Source: Patescibacteria group bacterium
GTDB lineage: Bacteria > Patescibacteriota > Patescibacteriia > JAXHNJ01
DNA length: 64,000 nt
Direction: 5' to 3'
Assembly (NCBI GenBank): GCA_034520665.1
Contig: JAXHNJ010000001.1
Span: forward strand, 130,579 to 194,578
The notes below the pieces were generated by a model. That model worked only from the letters and a program-made list of their open reading frames with translations. It had not been told where the DNA came from and did not search any database. Every line of letters starts with the position of its first letter. The stretch's first letter is position 1. A program made the translations under genes and the position numbers. Shown piece by piece: positions 28,154 to 36,520 of the stretch.

Positions 28154-30420
28154 ATATATTATTCACTATTTTCACAGCAACATTAGGCATTATTATAGGT
28201 TATCTCGTTATTAAACAAAACCCACGAAACGCCATGCATTTGGCATTTATGGTATTTTGTGTTTCTTTAGCATTTTGGGCAGTTGCCAATTATTTTTCAA
28301 TTTCAACTCAAGAAGTTTCAAACATTCTTTTTTGGATGAGAGCTGTAATGATTTTCGCTGTAATTATTTGTATTTCATTTTTTTTATTTATTCATACATT
28401 TCCTAAGTCGAAGATTAATCTTCAAAAGAAATATCTCTTTCCTTTGTTATTAGCTGGAGTTCTAACTTGTATTGTGTCCTTTTCGCCTCTACTTTTTTCT
28501 GAAGTAACATTTGACGAACAAGGAAATAGATCACCAGTAGTTAAACCCGGTATGTTATTATTTCTTATTGTAGCCGTTGGTTCCTTACTTTCAGCATTTA
28601 TTATTCTAATTAAAAAAGTTAAACGTTCCACTGGTATTACTAAGATGCAGCTGCGATTTATTCTTGCTGGTACTTTTATTATGTTTTTTTGCATCCTTTT
28701 ATTTAATTTGGTTTTACCAGTAATATTTAAGATTTCCACTTTTGTTAATGCGGCTCCATTTTTTATATTACCTTTTATTCTAGCAGTTTTTTATGCTATC
28801 ACCCGCCATCGTCTCATGGACATCCGCCTGGTGGTCAAGCGCACTGCCATCTATGCTTCCACCGTTATTTTCCTCCTTCTCCTCGCCCTCGGTCTTTATT
28901 GGCTGGAAATGACTTATTTTAAGGAAATCATTCCTCCGGGTGTTTGGGGGCCAATTGTCCTTTTGCTCGGCTTAATCCTCTTTGAGCCATTAAAGAATTA
29001 CCTAGAAAGAATTGCCAACAAATACTTCTTTGCCAGTATTTACAACTACCAAGCTACTCTGGAAAAACTGGCCCAGGAACTGACTTATTCTATTGATTTA
29101 GACCAAATTATTGATTCTATTGTTAAAACCATCCGGGATACCATGAAACTGGACCGGACTGGTGTTTTATTATTTGACCAAGAAACCCATAATTACCAGG
29201 TGAAAAGTAATATTGGCTTTTCCGTGGCTAACGGTATTTCTCTAGTCAGAAACAACTTTCTTACCAATTACCTTTTAGAAAAAAGAAAACCAGTTATTTA
29301 CCAGGAACTGGAGTCTTTAAAAAGTAATCAGGGTGAAAAGTCGGAAATTGGTAAATTAAAGGCTAATATGAAAAGAATTGAAGCGGCCTTGTGTCTGCCT
29401 TTGATTATTAAAAATAAATTGATCGGTATCATTGTTTTGGGCGAGAAAATATCTAAGGACGCCTACACTAAAGAAGATCTACAGCTTCTTGATTCTCTAA
29501 CCAACCAAGCCTCTATCGCTTTAGAAAACGCCCGGTTGTACCAGCAGGTGCAGGACTTTACCAAAACTCTTCAGCAGAAAGTGGATGAGCAAACCCGGGA
29601 TATTAAGCAAAAGAATGTTGATCTTAAAAAAATGGCCAAAGAAGTAAAAGAGAAAAATGTCCACTTGGAGAAAGTTCTTAAAATTCAGTCGGAGTTTTTG
29701 GATATTTCTTCGCATCAACTCCGGACCCCGGTCTCGGTCATTAAAGGAGTATCTTCAATGCTGGCTCAGGGTGAGATGGAGAAGTTGCCTCCAGAAAAAA
29801 AGAAAGAATTCTACCAAAGTGTTTATGATAAAAGCGTGAAATTGGAGAAAATTATCAATGATATCTTAAGGGCTTCGGAGTTTGACGCGGTTAAATTTAG
29901 TTTAGACGATAAAACAGCTCTAATTTCACCGGAAGAAGTGATTGAGGAAGCGGTTAAAGAAGCAGAGTTGGAAGCGAAACAGAGAAAAATAAATTTAATC
30001 TGGCAAAAACCGGTTTCTCCCTTGCCGAAAATTTATGCGAAAAAAAAGTATTTAGTGGAAGCGATAGGTAATCTTTTGTCGAACGCCCTGAAATATACCC
30101 CTTCTCTTGTCCAAGTTAAGGAAGCCCGGAGTAAAAGAAGAAAAAAAGGCGTAGTTATGGTTGAGGCGGAAAAAGAGAAAGATAATATTCTGATTAAGGT
30201 TTCTGACAACGGTATTGGTATTCCCAAGAAAGAAATAAGTAAGCTTTTTACTAAGTTTGCTCGGGCCGAAAATGCTACGGATATGTACACAGACGGCAGC
30301 GGGCTGGGGCTTTTTATTGTTAAAGAAATTGTAAGTGGCCACCAGGGCCAGGTCTGGCTCGAAAGCAAGTTGGGCAAAGGCACCACTTTTTACATTAGTT
30401 TGCCGATTGCTAAAAAATAA
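28150..30420 (+). CDS. Membrane sensor histidine kinase (N-terminal polytopic sensor domain, GAF-like domain, HisKA, HATPase_c)
   Basis: About 7 N-terminal TM helices. H-box is SSHQLRTPVSV. The ATPase domain has DNGIGIPKKEISKLFTKF and GSGLGLFIVKEIV (N, G1/G2 boxes). The start overlaps the E1-like gene (ATGA). Confidence 0.85.
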   Translation: MNILFTIFTATLGIIIGYLVIKQNPRNAMHLAFMVFCVSLAFWAVANYFSISTQEVSNILFWMRAVMIFAVIICISFFLFIHTFPKSKINLQKKYLFPLLLAGVLTCIVSFSPLLFSEVTFDEQGNRSPVVKPGMLLFLIVAVGSLLSAFIILIKKVKRSTGITKMQLRFILAGTFIMFFCILLFNLVLPVIFKISTFVNAAPFFILPFILAVFYAITRHRLMDIRLVVKRTAIYASTVIFLLLLALGLYWLEMTYFKEIIPPGVWGPIVLLLGLILFEPLKNYLERIANKYFFASIYNYQATLEKLAQELTYSIDLDQIIDSIVKTIRDTMKLDRTGVLLFDQETHNYQVKSNIGFSVANGISLVRNNFLTNYLLEKRKPVIYQELESLKSNQGEKSEIGKLKANMKRIEAALCLPLIIKNKLIGIIVLGEKISKDAYTKEDLQLLDSLTNQASIALENARLYQQVQDFTKTLQQKVDEQTRDIKQKNVDLKKMAKEVKEKNVHLEKVLKIQSEFLDISSHQLRTPVSVIKGVSSMLAQGEMEKLPPEKKKEFYQSVYDKSVKLEKIINDILRASEFDAVKFSLDDKTALISPEEVIEEAVKEAELEAKQRKINLIWQKPVSPLPKIYAKKKYLVEAIGNLLSNALKYTPSLVQVKEARSKRRKKGVVMVEAEKEKDNILIKVSDNGIGIPKKEISKLFTKFARAENATDMYTDGSGLGLFIVKEIVSGHQGQVWLESKLGKGTTFYISLPIAKK

Positions 30421-30468
30421 AAATAACCTTAATTTAAAAGATAAGAAATCATAAAGAGAATAAAAAAA

Positions 30469-30852
30469 ATGGGAAAAAAACCTAAAATCTTACTAATTGA
30501 AGATGACCGAGACCAAATCAAGATGTATCAGTTTAAGTTTGAGAAGGAGGGCTTTATTTTTCTGGCTGGCCGAAGTGGAGAAGAGGGGATTAAAATAGCC
30601 AAAGAACAAAATCCGGATCTTATTCTTCTTGATTTGGTTCTAATTAACGAAAACGGAATAAAAGTTTTAGAAAAATTGAAAAAGGATAAAGCCCTGAAAG
30701 ACATCCCGGTTATAATGCTGACCAATCTGGCTAAAAATTCCATGAAAGAAAAAAGCAAAGAATCCGGCGCCACAGATTTTTTAGTTAAAACCCAGATTGA
30801 TCCCTCTGAATTGATAAAAAAAGTTAAACAGATAATTAGTGAAAGTGGCTAA
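30469..30852 (+). CDS. Stand-alone response regulator receiver domain protein (CheY-like)
   Basis: KILLIEDDRD...DLILLDLVL...PVIMLTNL. Conserved Asp pocket and phospho-acceptor Asp (LLDL). 49 nt downstream of the kinase gene. Confidence 0.85.
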   Translation: MGKKPKILLIEDDRDQIKMYQFKFEKEGFIFLAGRSGEEGIKIAKEQNPDLILLDLVLINENGIKVLEKLKKDKALKDIPVIMLTNLAKNSMKEKSKESGATDFLVKTQIDPSELIKKVKQIISESG

Positions 30853-30937
30853 GTATAAGCCGAATACTTTTTATCCCTGTACCAAAAATCCGGCCTGCTA
30901 AAATATTGGTTCTATAATCTAATTTTAATTAAAAAAA

Positions 30938-31942
30938 ATGGCTATAGCTTCTCAAGAATTAGGAAAAGACTTTGAACAGGAGGAAAGAAAAATGCTTCTC
31001 CAGGAAACTTCTCCTGAGGTTTTTGATACAGAAAAACTTTCTAAATTTGCTGAGGAAGAGCTTAAATTGAAAGAAATAAAAAAAGCAACCAAAGGTTTAC
31101 TTGAAAAATATGTGGTAGAATATGGCTCGGAAGAAAAATCTTATTATCTTTCCAATAATTCCAATCATGATATGGAAAGAGTCTATCAAGATATGCTTTC
31201 TATTTATGAACAAATGCCAAAAGGGTCAGTACCAAGACCAGTTGAATATTTAGGTGATTCCCAATCAGTTTTTTACGAAGAGGTGAAGGGAAAAAATATT
31301 ATGGAAAAAATTGGACAAATGCCGGAAGAGAAAAAAGTGGCACTATTTAAAAATATTGGCGAACGTATGAAAGAATTTCACAGCATGGATATTAATAGAT
31401 TTGAACAGTCTAAAAAGATTCCAGATTCGGCCCTAGAAAATATTATGCAAACAGTGAGTATAAAATGTTTTGGGATTATTGAAAACAGAGATAGAAAGTT
31501 TAATCAGGAATTGAAGGCTCTTTACGAACAAATTATAAAAATGGAAAAAGAAATAAAAGAAAATTCTGAATTGGTCGTAAATCATGGTGATTTACATCCT
31601 GAGAATATTATTCAAGATGAAGAAGGTAGGGTGGGACTCATGGATTTAACTGATATTATGATTTCTTCGCGAGCCAAAGACATTGGTGGATTTTTTGAGC
31701 AGACGCGGGTAATGTTTAAGGAGAAAGGAGTAATAGTAGAGAAAAATAAGCTCAAAGAATACGAAAATTCTTTTTTAGAGGGATATAATAAAGATATAGA
31801 TAAAAAAGAAATTGATTTTTATCGAGCCTGGCAGTTATGGCGTAACGCTATGTATTGTGGCACTAAGAAAGACCCTGATTTTAATGAAGCTCGAAGAGAA
31901 TTAAGGGAAGCAACGGAAATAATTAAAGAAATTTCAGTTTAA
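30938..31942 (+). CDS. Phosphotransferase enzyme family protein (APH / choline-kinase-like kinase fold)
   Basis: VNHGDLHPENII...GLMDLTD resembles the Brenner catalytic motif (HGDxxxxN) and the DxD-type metal site of APH-like kinases. Confidence 0.55.
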   Translation: MAIASQELGKDFEQEERKMLLQETSPEVFDTEKLSKFAEEELKLKEIKKATKGLLEKYVVEYGSEEKSYYLSNNSNHDMERVYQDMLSIYEQMPKGSVPRPVEYLGDSQSVFYEEVKGKNIMEKIGQMPEEKKVALFKNIGERMKEFHSMDINRFEQSKKIPDSALENIMQTVSIKCFGIIENRDRKFNQELKALYEQIIKMEKEIKENSELVVNHGDLHPENIIQDEEGRVGLMDLTDIMISSRAKDIGGFFEQTRVMFKEKGVIVEKNKLKEYENSFLEGYNKDIDKKEIDFYRAWQLWRNAMYCGTKKDPDFNEARRELREATEIIKEISV

Positions 31943-31947
31943 ATTTT

Positions 31948-32406
31948 ATGAATTTTAAAGAATTATCAATATTTTTAGCAAAAGCCAAGCAGAATACCTA
32001 TGCCAGTAGCGGTGAAGGGGGAGAGGAAGTATTAGCCGATGGGGCTAAGGAATTTTACTTTAAAGAAAATTCTTTTTATTATCGTGACCGTTATTATGGT
32101 TATAATCCATTTAGTGGGCAAGAAGTTGTTTTTTACAATAAAAAGTCAATTTGGACTATGAATTATTATGGAAAAGTTTTATCAGATAAAATTTCACCAA
32201 AAGAGATTTATAATTTTCTTAAAACGGCCTTATCAAAGGTCGATAAAAATAAGCCTTTCCGGGGGGCTTGTGATTTAATCAATGATAATTTTGAATATAA
32301 AAATAAAGCCAAGGGTAATTTAGCAGAATTTAGCGGCCGGGAAGAAATTTACTATAAAAAAAATTTAGTCTATAAACTAGATTATCACGGCGGATTGATT
32401 AATTAA
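31948..32406 (+). CDS. Hypothetical protein
   Basis: 152-aa ORF starting 6 nt after the kinase-like gene. No family recognised. Confidence 0.4.
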   Translation: MNFKELSIFLAKAKQNTYASSGEGGEEVLADGAKEFYFKENSFYYRDRYYGYNPFSGQEVVFYNKKSIWTMNYYGKVLSDKISPKEIYNFLKTALSKVDKNKPFRGACDLINDNFEYKNKAKGNLAEFSGREEIYYKKNLVYKLDYHGGLIN

Positions 32407-32490
32407 TAAAATTTCTGATTTGATTGATTTTATATATTTTGTTAATCTAAAGCATTAAAGTTCCTTTAAATACAATTAGGAGGATCAGTA

Positions 32491-32838
32491 ATGAATGAAA
32501 AAGTTGTTAAGAAATTGTCTGAATTAGGCATTGCTTTTTTTGACGGAAAAGAATTTTCTCTGACTCAAAGCGGCAGTTTTTCTTTGGTAGCTATTAGCCA
32601 TCAATCAGAAGAACCAGACAGATTTGAAATAGTCCTATTAAAAAATCTTGTTGAAAAGTTGAGCCGTGAAAATAGTGGTAGTACTCGCAGGAAAACTTTA
32701 GCCGGCTTTAATACTTATATTTTTAGAAAGCAAGACAGATGTTGGACATTTTGTCGCAGAAGAAATCCTCGTGGATGGTTTCCGCAAAAAAAAGTTTTGT
32801 CAGCTTTAATTGAAAAAAGTTTAGAATATTCGTCTTAG
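32491..32838 (+). CDS. Hypothetical protein
   Basis: 115-aa ORF with RBS aggaggatcagtaATG. Confidence 0.45.
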   Translation: MNEKVVKKLSELGIAFFDGKEFSLTQSGSFSLVAISHQSEEPDRFEIVLLKNLVEKLSRENSGSTRRKTLAGFNTYIFRKQDRCWTFCRRRNPRGWFPQKKVLSALIEKSLEYSS

Positions 32839-32959
32839 TTTTTTATTTAACTTCTGATCTTTTTAAAGGTCAGAAGTTTTTTTATTAAAAAAAGAGGGGT
32901 GTCAAAGACAACCCTCAATATATAGACTTTTTTTAGTTTTTTAATACTTTAAAAAATTA

Positions 32960-33748
32960 TTATTTTTCAATATTATCTAACAATTCAGACATTTCTTGAT
33001 AAAAATGAGCTTGTATTTTTTCAGTTAATTCTTTTGCCTCTTTTCCGGACAATAAAGAAGTTTTTCCATTTTCAAACTCCGCTACTTTAATGGAATATTC
33101 GTTTTCATTATTATTCATTTCGTATATAGCTTGATCTTTTGGTTCTAAACTAGATTTAATTTTAGCTTTATCAGCTAATGTTTCCATAGGGACGAAACTA
33201 TTTAATTTATTAAAAGCTCTTTTTTCACCAATAAATTTATTAGTTTTATCATTATTAAGGACAATTCTATCAATTGAACCATTTGCTCCTTCATCTAAAT
33301 AACTCATTGAAGCCTTTTCATTTCCATGTAATAGCCATTCACTTTCATTTGGTTCCATTTCATTATTATAGTTATCATCTGAATAACCAACTGTTGTTAT
33401 TGATCCATCTGATGATTCAAGTCGCTTTACTGGAGTATTGCCCATTGTACCTTCTTGTCCTTTTTCATTTATAATAGATATTATTTTTTGGACTTTTTCA
33501 GCAGAATTTTCTACTAGTTTTTCAATTCTTTCTTTTGTTTTAATTTTTCTCCCTTCTCCTTTTTCCTGGGCTTTTAAAGATCTTATGCCGGGCATACTTA
33601 AAAGGGTTACTATGGCAGCTACTTTTCCGCCGTCTTTAATCTTTCTCCATAAAGTCGAGCTTATCTCTTTTTTATTCAAGGGTTTTTTTTCATTTTCTGG
33701 ACCGTTTTTTGAAATTTCTTCAGGTGGGGATTGTTCTCGGTTTCTCAT
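32960..33748 (-). CDS. Hypothetical secreted or membrane-anchored protein (N-terminal hydrophobic segment)
   Basis: 262-aa ORF. VAAIVTLLSMPGI is a signal-anchor-like segment. The opposite-strand ORFs 33274..33474 and 33438..33758 are rejected. Confidence 0.5.
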   Translation of the reverse strand: MRNREQSPPEEISKNGPENEKKPLNKKEISSTLWRKIKDGGKVAAIVTLLSMPGIRSLKAQEKGEGRKIKTKERIEKLVENSAEKVQKIISIINEKGQEGTMGNTPVKRLESSDGSITTVGYSDDNYNNEMEPNESEWLLHGNEKASMSYLDEGANGSIDRIVLNNDKTNKFIGEKRAFNKLNSFVPMETLADKAKIKSSLEPKDQAIYEMNNNENEYSIKVAEFENGKTSLLSGKEAKELTEKIQAHFYQEMSELLDNIEK

Positions 33749-33872
33749 AATTTTTTAGTTTAATTATTATTTATTTTATTTTATAATTTTATTAAAATTA
33801 AGTCAAAATTCTCTATTTTACAAAAACCCATTTTTTTGTCAATATTGTATTATGACTAGAAAAGAACAAATG

Positions 33873-33904
33873 AAAAAAAGAAAAAAGGGAGCGCAAGCGC
33901 TCCC
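33873..33904 (-). terminator. Strong rho-independent terminator on the minus strand (gggagcgc-tt-gcgctccc followed by ttttttcttttttt)
   Basis: Perfect 8-bp GC stem plus a long U-tract. There is no minus-strand ORF of at least 60 aa upstream of it for about 2.5 kb. Confidence 0.65.
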
Positions 33905-34155
33905 TGTACACAGAACTCTCTAGGCCGAAGACCTTATGGTGTAGCATCTTCGGGGTTAGCTCAGATACTTGGGTGGTATTCCAATAACGACTCTTATCTA
34001 ACTGGCGTTAGATCCTCCTAGTCTCCCACCTATCCTATACTTTTCAATTCGCTCCCAGTAGAGCCAACGTAGGGGAGTCGAACCCGCTAGTCACGCGACA
34101 CTTTTAAGTCGCTTTTCATTTCCCGTAGGTAAACTAGTGACACCATCGCTGTTTC
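33873..34155 (-). ncRNA. Putative ~280-nt structured non-coding RNA of undetermined family, from a promoter-like TTAATT...TATATT (about 34162-34190) to the terminator
   Basis: Bounded by a promoter-like sequence and a strong terminator. It contains several hairpins (gcgac-ttaaaagt-gtcgc; ccgaaga-15 nt-tcttcgg) and a tRNA-T-loop-like gggttcgactccc. It has no ORF with an RBS. Confidence 0.35.
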
Positions 34156-34197
34156 TGTGCTAATATATCTTACTATAGCAATAAATTAAGTCAACTT

Positions 34198-34773
34198 ATG
34201 GATAAAAACCAACAAATGAAACTAATTAAAGAAGAAGTTATAGCCTGTAAAAGATGTGAACTTAATAAAACTCGTACTTTGCCGGTAATCGGTCAGGGTT
34301 CTCATGAAGCAAAAATTATGTTTGTCGGCGAAGCGCCTGGAGCGCAGGAAAACAAAACCGGCCGGCCTTTTTGCGGGGCGGCCGGCAAAGTGCTTGATCA
34401 GCTTTTAGAGTCAATCGGAGCGGAGCGAGAGGAAATTTACATCGGTAATATTTTAAAGTGCCGGCCGCCCTCAAATCGTAACCCCGAGCTGGAGGAAATA
34501 GAAAGCTGCACCCCTTATCTTGACCGGCAAATTGAAATTATTCAGCCTCGGGCCATAGCGGCTTTGGGTAATTTCTCAGCCCGGTATTTGATGGAAAAAT
34601 ATGGTTTAGAGGATTTGATCCAGGGTATTAGCAAAATGAAAGGGCAGGTTTTTAGCCCTTCGGGCCAGGACTTTAAGTTAATCCCTCTTTTTCATCCAGC
34701 GGTGGCTACTTATAATCGCCATAAATTTGATGATTTGGCCCAGGATTTTAAAATTTTAAAAAAATATTTATGA
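34198..34773 (+). CDS. Uracil-DNA glycosylase, family 4 (Fe-S type)
   Basis: CKRCEL...VGEAPGAQENKTGRPFCGAAGKVLDQLL...ILKCRPP...HPA is the family-4 UDG motif set. Confidence 0.85.
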   Translation: MDKNQQMKLIKEEVIACKRCELNKTRTLPVIGQGSHEAKIMFVGEAPGAQENKTGRPFCGAAGKVLDQLLESIGAEREEIYIGNILKCRPPSNRNPELEEIESCTPYLDRQIEIIQPRAIAALGNFSARYLMEKYGLEDLIQGISKMKGQVFSPSGQDFKLIPLFHPAVATYNRHKFDDLAQDFKILKKYL

Positions 34774-35393
34774 ATAAAAATAAATTAAACTACACCATAC
34801 TAGGAGTAATTATTTTAGGGATTTTATTTTTATTTTTTTATTTTTACTGGCCGATTGTTAATGAAAGATATGTTTCTCCGCCGGCTGTTTTAAATATTCC
34901 TAATACCAATACGGTTATAATTGAACCAGAAGAAAAAATTTCACCTTATGATAATTTAAAAAAAGTGATTATACCCAAGCTAGGCCAGGAGGCGGTTTTA
35001 ATCTTGCCGGAAAAAGATTTTATCAGTGACAAAAACGATTTTGTGGAAAATAATCTTGATAATGGAGTAGTGATGTATCCCAATAGTATAGAGGATTTAA
35101 AAAAAGAAAACTTAGCTCTTTTCGGTCATTCTTCTTCCATTCACCCCCGAGCCGAATACGCTTTGGTTTTTGTTAATTTGGATAAATTGGCTCTGGATGA
35201 TGAAATTATTTTAATGGATAAAAATGACGAACAGATAAAATATAAGGTTAATCAGGAACCAAAAATTATTGAATCCGATGCTTCAGAAATTGTAGGAAAA
35301 AATCAAGGAGAGGGGATAATTACCTTGGTCACCTGCTGGCCGCCCGGGACAACGCAGAAAAGGATTTATGTGACGGGTCAATTAGCGGAATAA
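34770..35393 (+). CDS. Sortase (transpeptidase) with an N-terminal membrane anchor
   Basis: Catalytic triad context: ...LALFGHSS (His), ...GIITLVTCWPP (TLxTC Cys), ...QKRIYVTG (Arg). N-terminal TM helix ILGVIILGILFLFFYFYW. Confidence 0.75.
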   Translation: MNKNKLNYTILGVIILGILFLFFYFYWPIVNERYVSPPAVLNIPNTNTVIIEPEEKISPYDNLKKVIIPKLGQEAVLILPEKDFISDKNDFVENNLDNGVVMYPNSIEDLKKENLALFGHSSSIHPRAEYALVFVNLDKLALDDEIILMDKNDEQIKYKVNQEPKIIESDASEIVGKNQGEGIITLVTCWPPGTTQKRIYVTGQLAE

Positions 35394-35518
35394 TATAGTA
35401 TGGTTTTAGGCTTAGCGGCGGGTAAGGTTTTGGTGGTTAGGTTTAGAATAGAAAACCATTGGAAACTACCTAGTATAAAACAAACTGCCAAGGAAGCCCT
35501 TAAAATTACCCGAGAAGC

Positions 35519-35571
35519 GCGGATCTCCTGATCCGCGTGGCTTTTCCGGTTGGATCAGGAGATCCAACCTT
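35519..35571. repeat. Pair of inverted palindromic hairpins (gcggatctcctgatccgc / ggttggatcaggagatccaacc); possible terminator for the sortase gene
   Basis: The 14-bp arms ggatctcctgatcc and ggatcaggagatcc are reverse complements, separated by gcgtggcttttccggtt. Confidence 0.4.
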
Positions 35572-35590
35572 TTCGAAAAAAAATTAAAAA

Positions 35591-35627
35591 ATATCCCTGC
35601 GTAGGTGCGGGTCGCGACCCGCACCTA
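35591..35627. repeat. GC-rich REP-like palindrome (tatccctgcGTAGGTGCGGGTCGCGACCCGCACCTAC), inverted copy of the element at 42757..42798
   Basis: Near-perfect 12-bp stem. The same unit recurs at 42757 and at 43183 (the latter inside a RAYT gene). Confidence 0.75.
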
Positions 35628-35641
35628 CCTAAGATAAAAAC

Positions 35642-35800
35642 AAAACCATAAACTCTGGCAAAGCCATAACTGGATAGAAAATATTTTTTCTATAAAATTT
35701 TTAAAACAAAAACTTAATTACATCCACAATAACCCTGTCCGGGCCAAACTGGTTAAAAACCCCGAAGATTATAAATATTCAGGTTATTATAATTATTATT
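35642..35800 (+). pseudogene. Truncated 3' fragment of an IS200/RAYT-like transposase gene (homologous to 45222..45380 of gene 44812..45414)
   Basis: ctggcaaagccataactggatagaaaatattttttctataaaatttttaaaacaaaaacttaattacatccacaataaccctgtccgggccaaactggtt... matches the 3' end of the intact gene almost base for base. The start is missing. Confidence 0.7.
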
Positions 35801-35869
35801 TAAATGATTCTTTAATAAAGACAGATTAATAATTTTAGAGAATTTAGCTTTTTGAAAATTATTTTAGTA

Positions 35870-36310
35870 TTTATAATAAAAAGGGTCGGCCAAAGCCCTC
35901 GCTTTGGCTTTATTTTAGAGGCGAGCGAGGGCTCACCTCTACCCGAATTATTCTAACCCCTGGAGATAAATCTCCAGCTACGCGGAATGAGATGTTTGTT
36001 TACGCCTAGGTAAAAGATTGCGAGTTTCACGGATATCGAATAATAAATTTTTTTTCTCACGCGTAGGCGGAGATTTATCTCCGCGTTTAAATAAAACCGC
36101 CTAAGCGGGAATCAGAGATTCCCGCCTTGCTTTCTCACAATTAAATTTGTATTAATTATTTTAATAGTAGCTGTTATTCGCGACTGACAGCTACGAGTTA
36201 TTATTGATAGCTAACCTAGGCTAAATCTAATCATAAGGATCTCTCCACTGCGGTCGAGATGGTACGAGGGTTTATTAATCGCGAGGAAATCCTTATGGAA
36301 GATTTCAGTC
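35870..36310. repeat. Cluster of GC-rich palindromic/inverted repeats (REP- and MITE-like) in the 1.1-kb ORF-free interval
   Basis: Includes gggtcggccaaagccctcgctttggc..., cccctggagataaatctccag...cgcgtaggcggagatttatctccgcg, gcctaagcgggaatcagagattcccgcc, tcgcgactgacagctac (also at 11607-11630), and cataaggat...atccttatgg (also around 38360-38480). Confidence 0.6.
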
Positions 36311-36428
36311 TTCTAATAAGCCACATCAGCTTAATAATAATTAAATTAAAAAACTATCAAATAGGACATTTCTAAATAATCCAAAGTAGGACATTTCTAT
36401 TTCAACCTTTACATGAATAACTTAAGTA

Positions 36429-36457
36429 TTGACAAAAAAGCAAATTTAGAGTAATTT
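36429..36457 (+). promoter_or_regulatory. Conserved promoter module 1 (TTGACA-aaaaagcAAATTTAGAGTAA-TTT); shared with 38531, 40544 and others
   Basis: -35 TTGACA, 17-nt spacer containing the conserved caaatttagag, -10 TAATTT. 60 nt upstream of ORF 36521. Confidence 0.5.
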
Positions 36458-36520
36458 AAGGGGGTTTATAAGATAAGTGATTAGTAAATTAATATTAATT
36501 TAATTATTAAAAAAATATAT

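Noticed and set aside
28422-30773. ORFs 28422..28739(-), 29521..29718(-), 29657..29839(+), 30033..30386(-), 30052..30342(-) and 30528..30773(-)
   Set aside because: All lie within or antisense to the histidine kinase or response regulator genes.
33274-33758. Plus-strand ORFs 33274..33474 and 33438..33758
   Set aside because: They are antisense to the better-supported 262-aa minus-strand gene and read as low-complexity hydrophobic sequence typical of antisense frames in AT-rich DNA.
33873-34190. tmRNA (ssrA) or RNase P RNA assignment for the minus-strand transcript
   Set aside because: A GGGTTCGACTCCC T-loop-like segment exists, but it is internal rather than 3'-terminal. I found no acceptor pairing with CCA, no plausible tag-peptide reading frame ending in (A/L)AA-stop, and no RNase P P4 (AGTCCGG / ACAGAANCCGGCTTA) consensus. 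The family is left undetermined.
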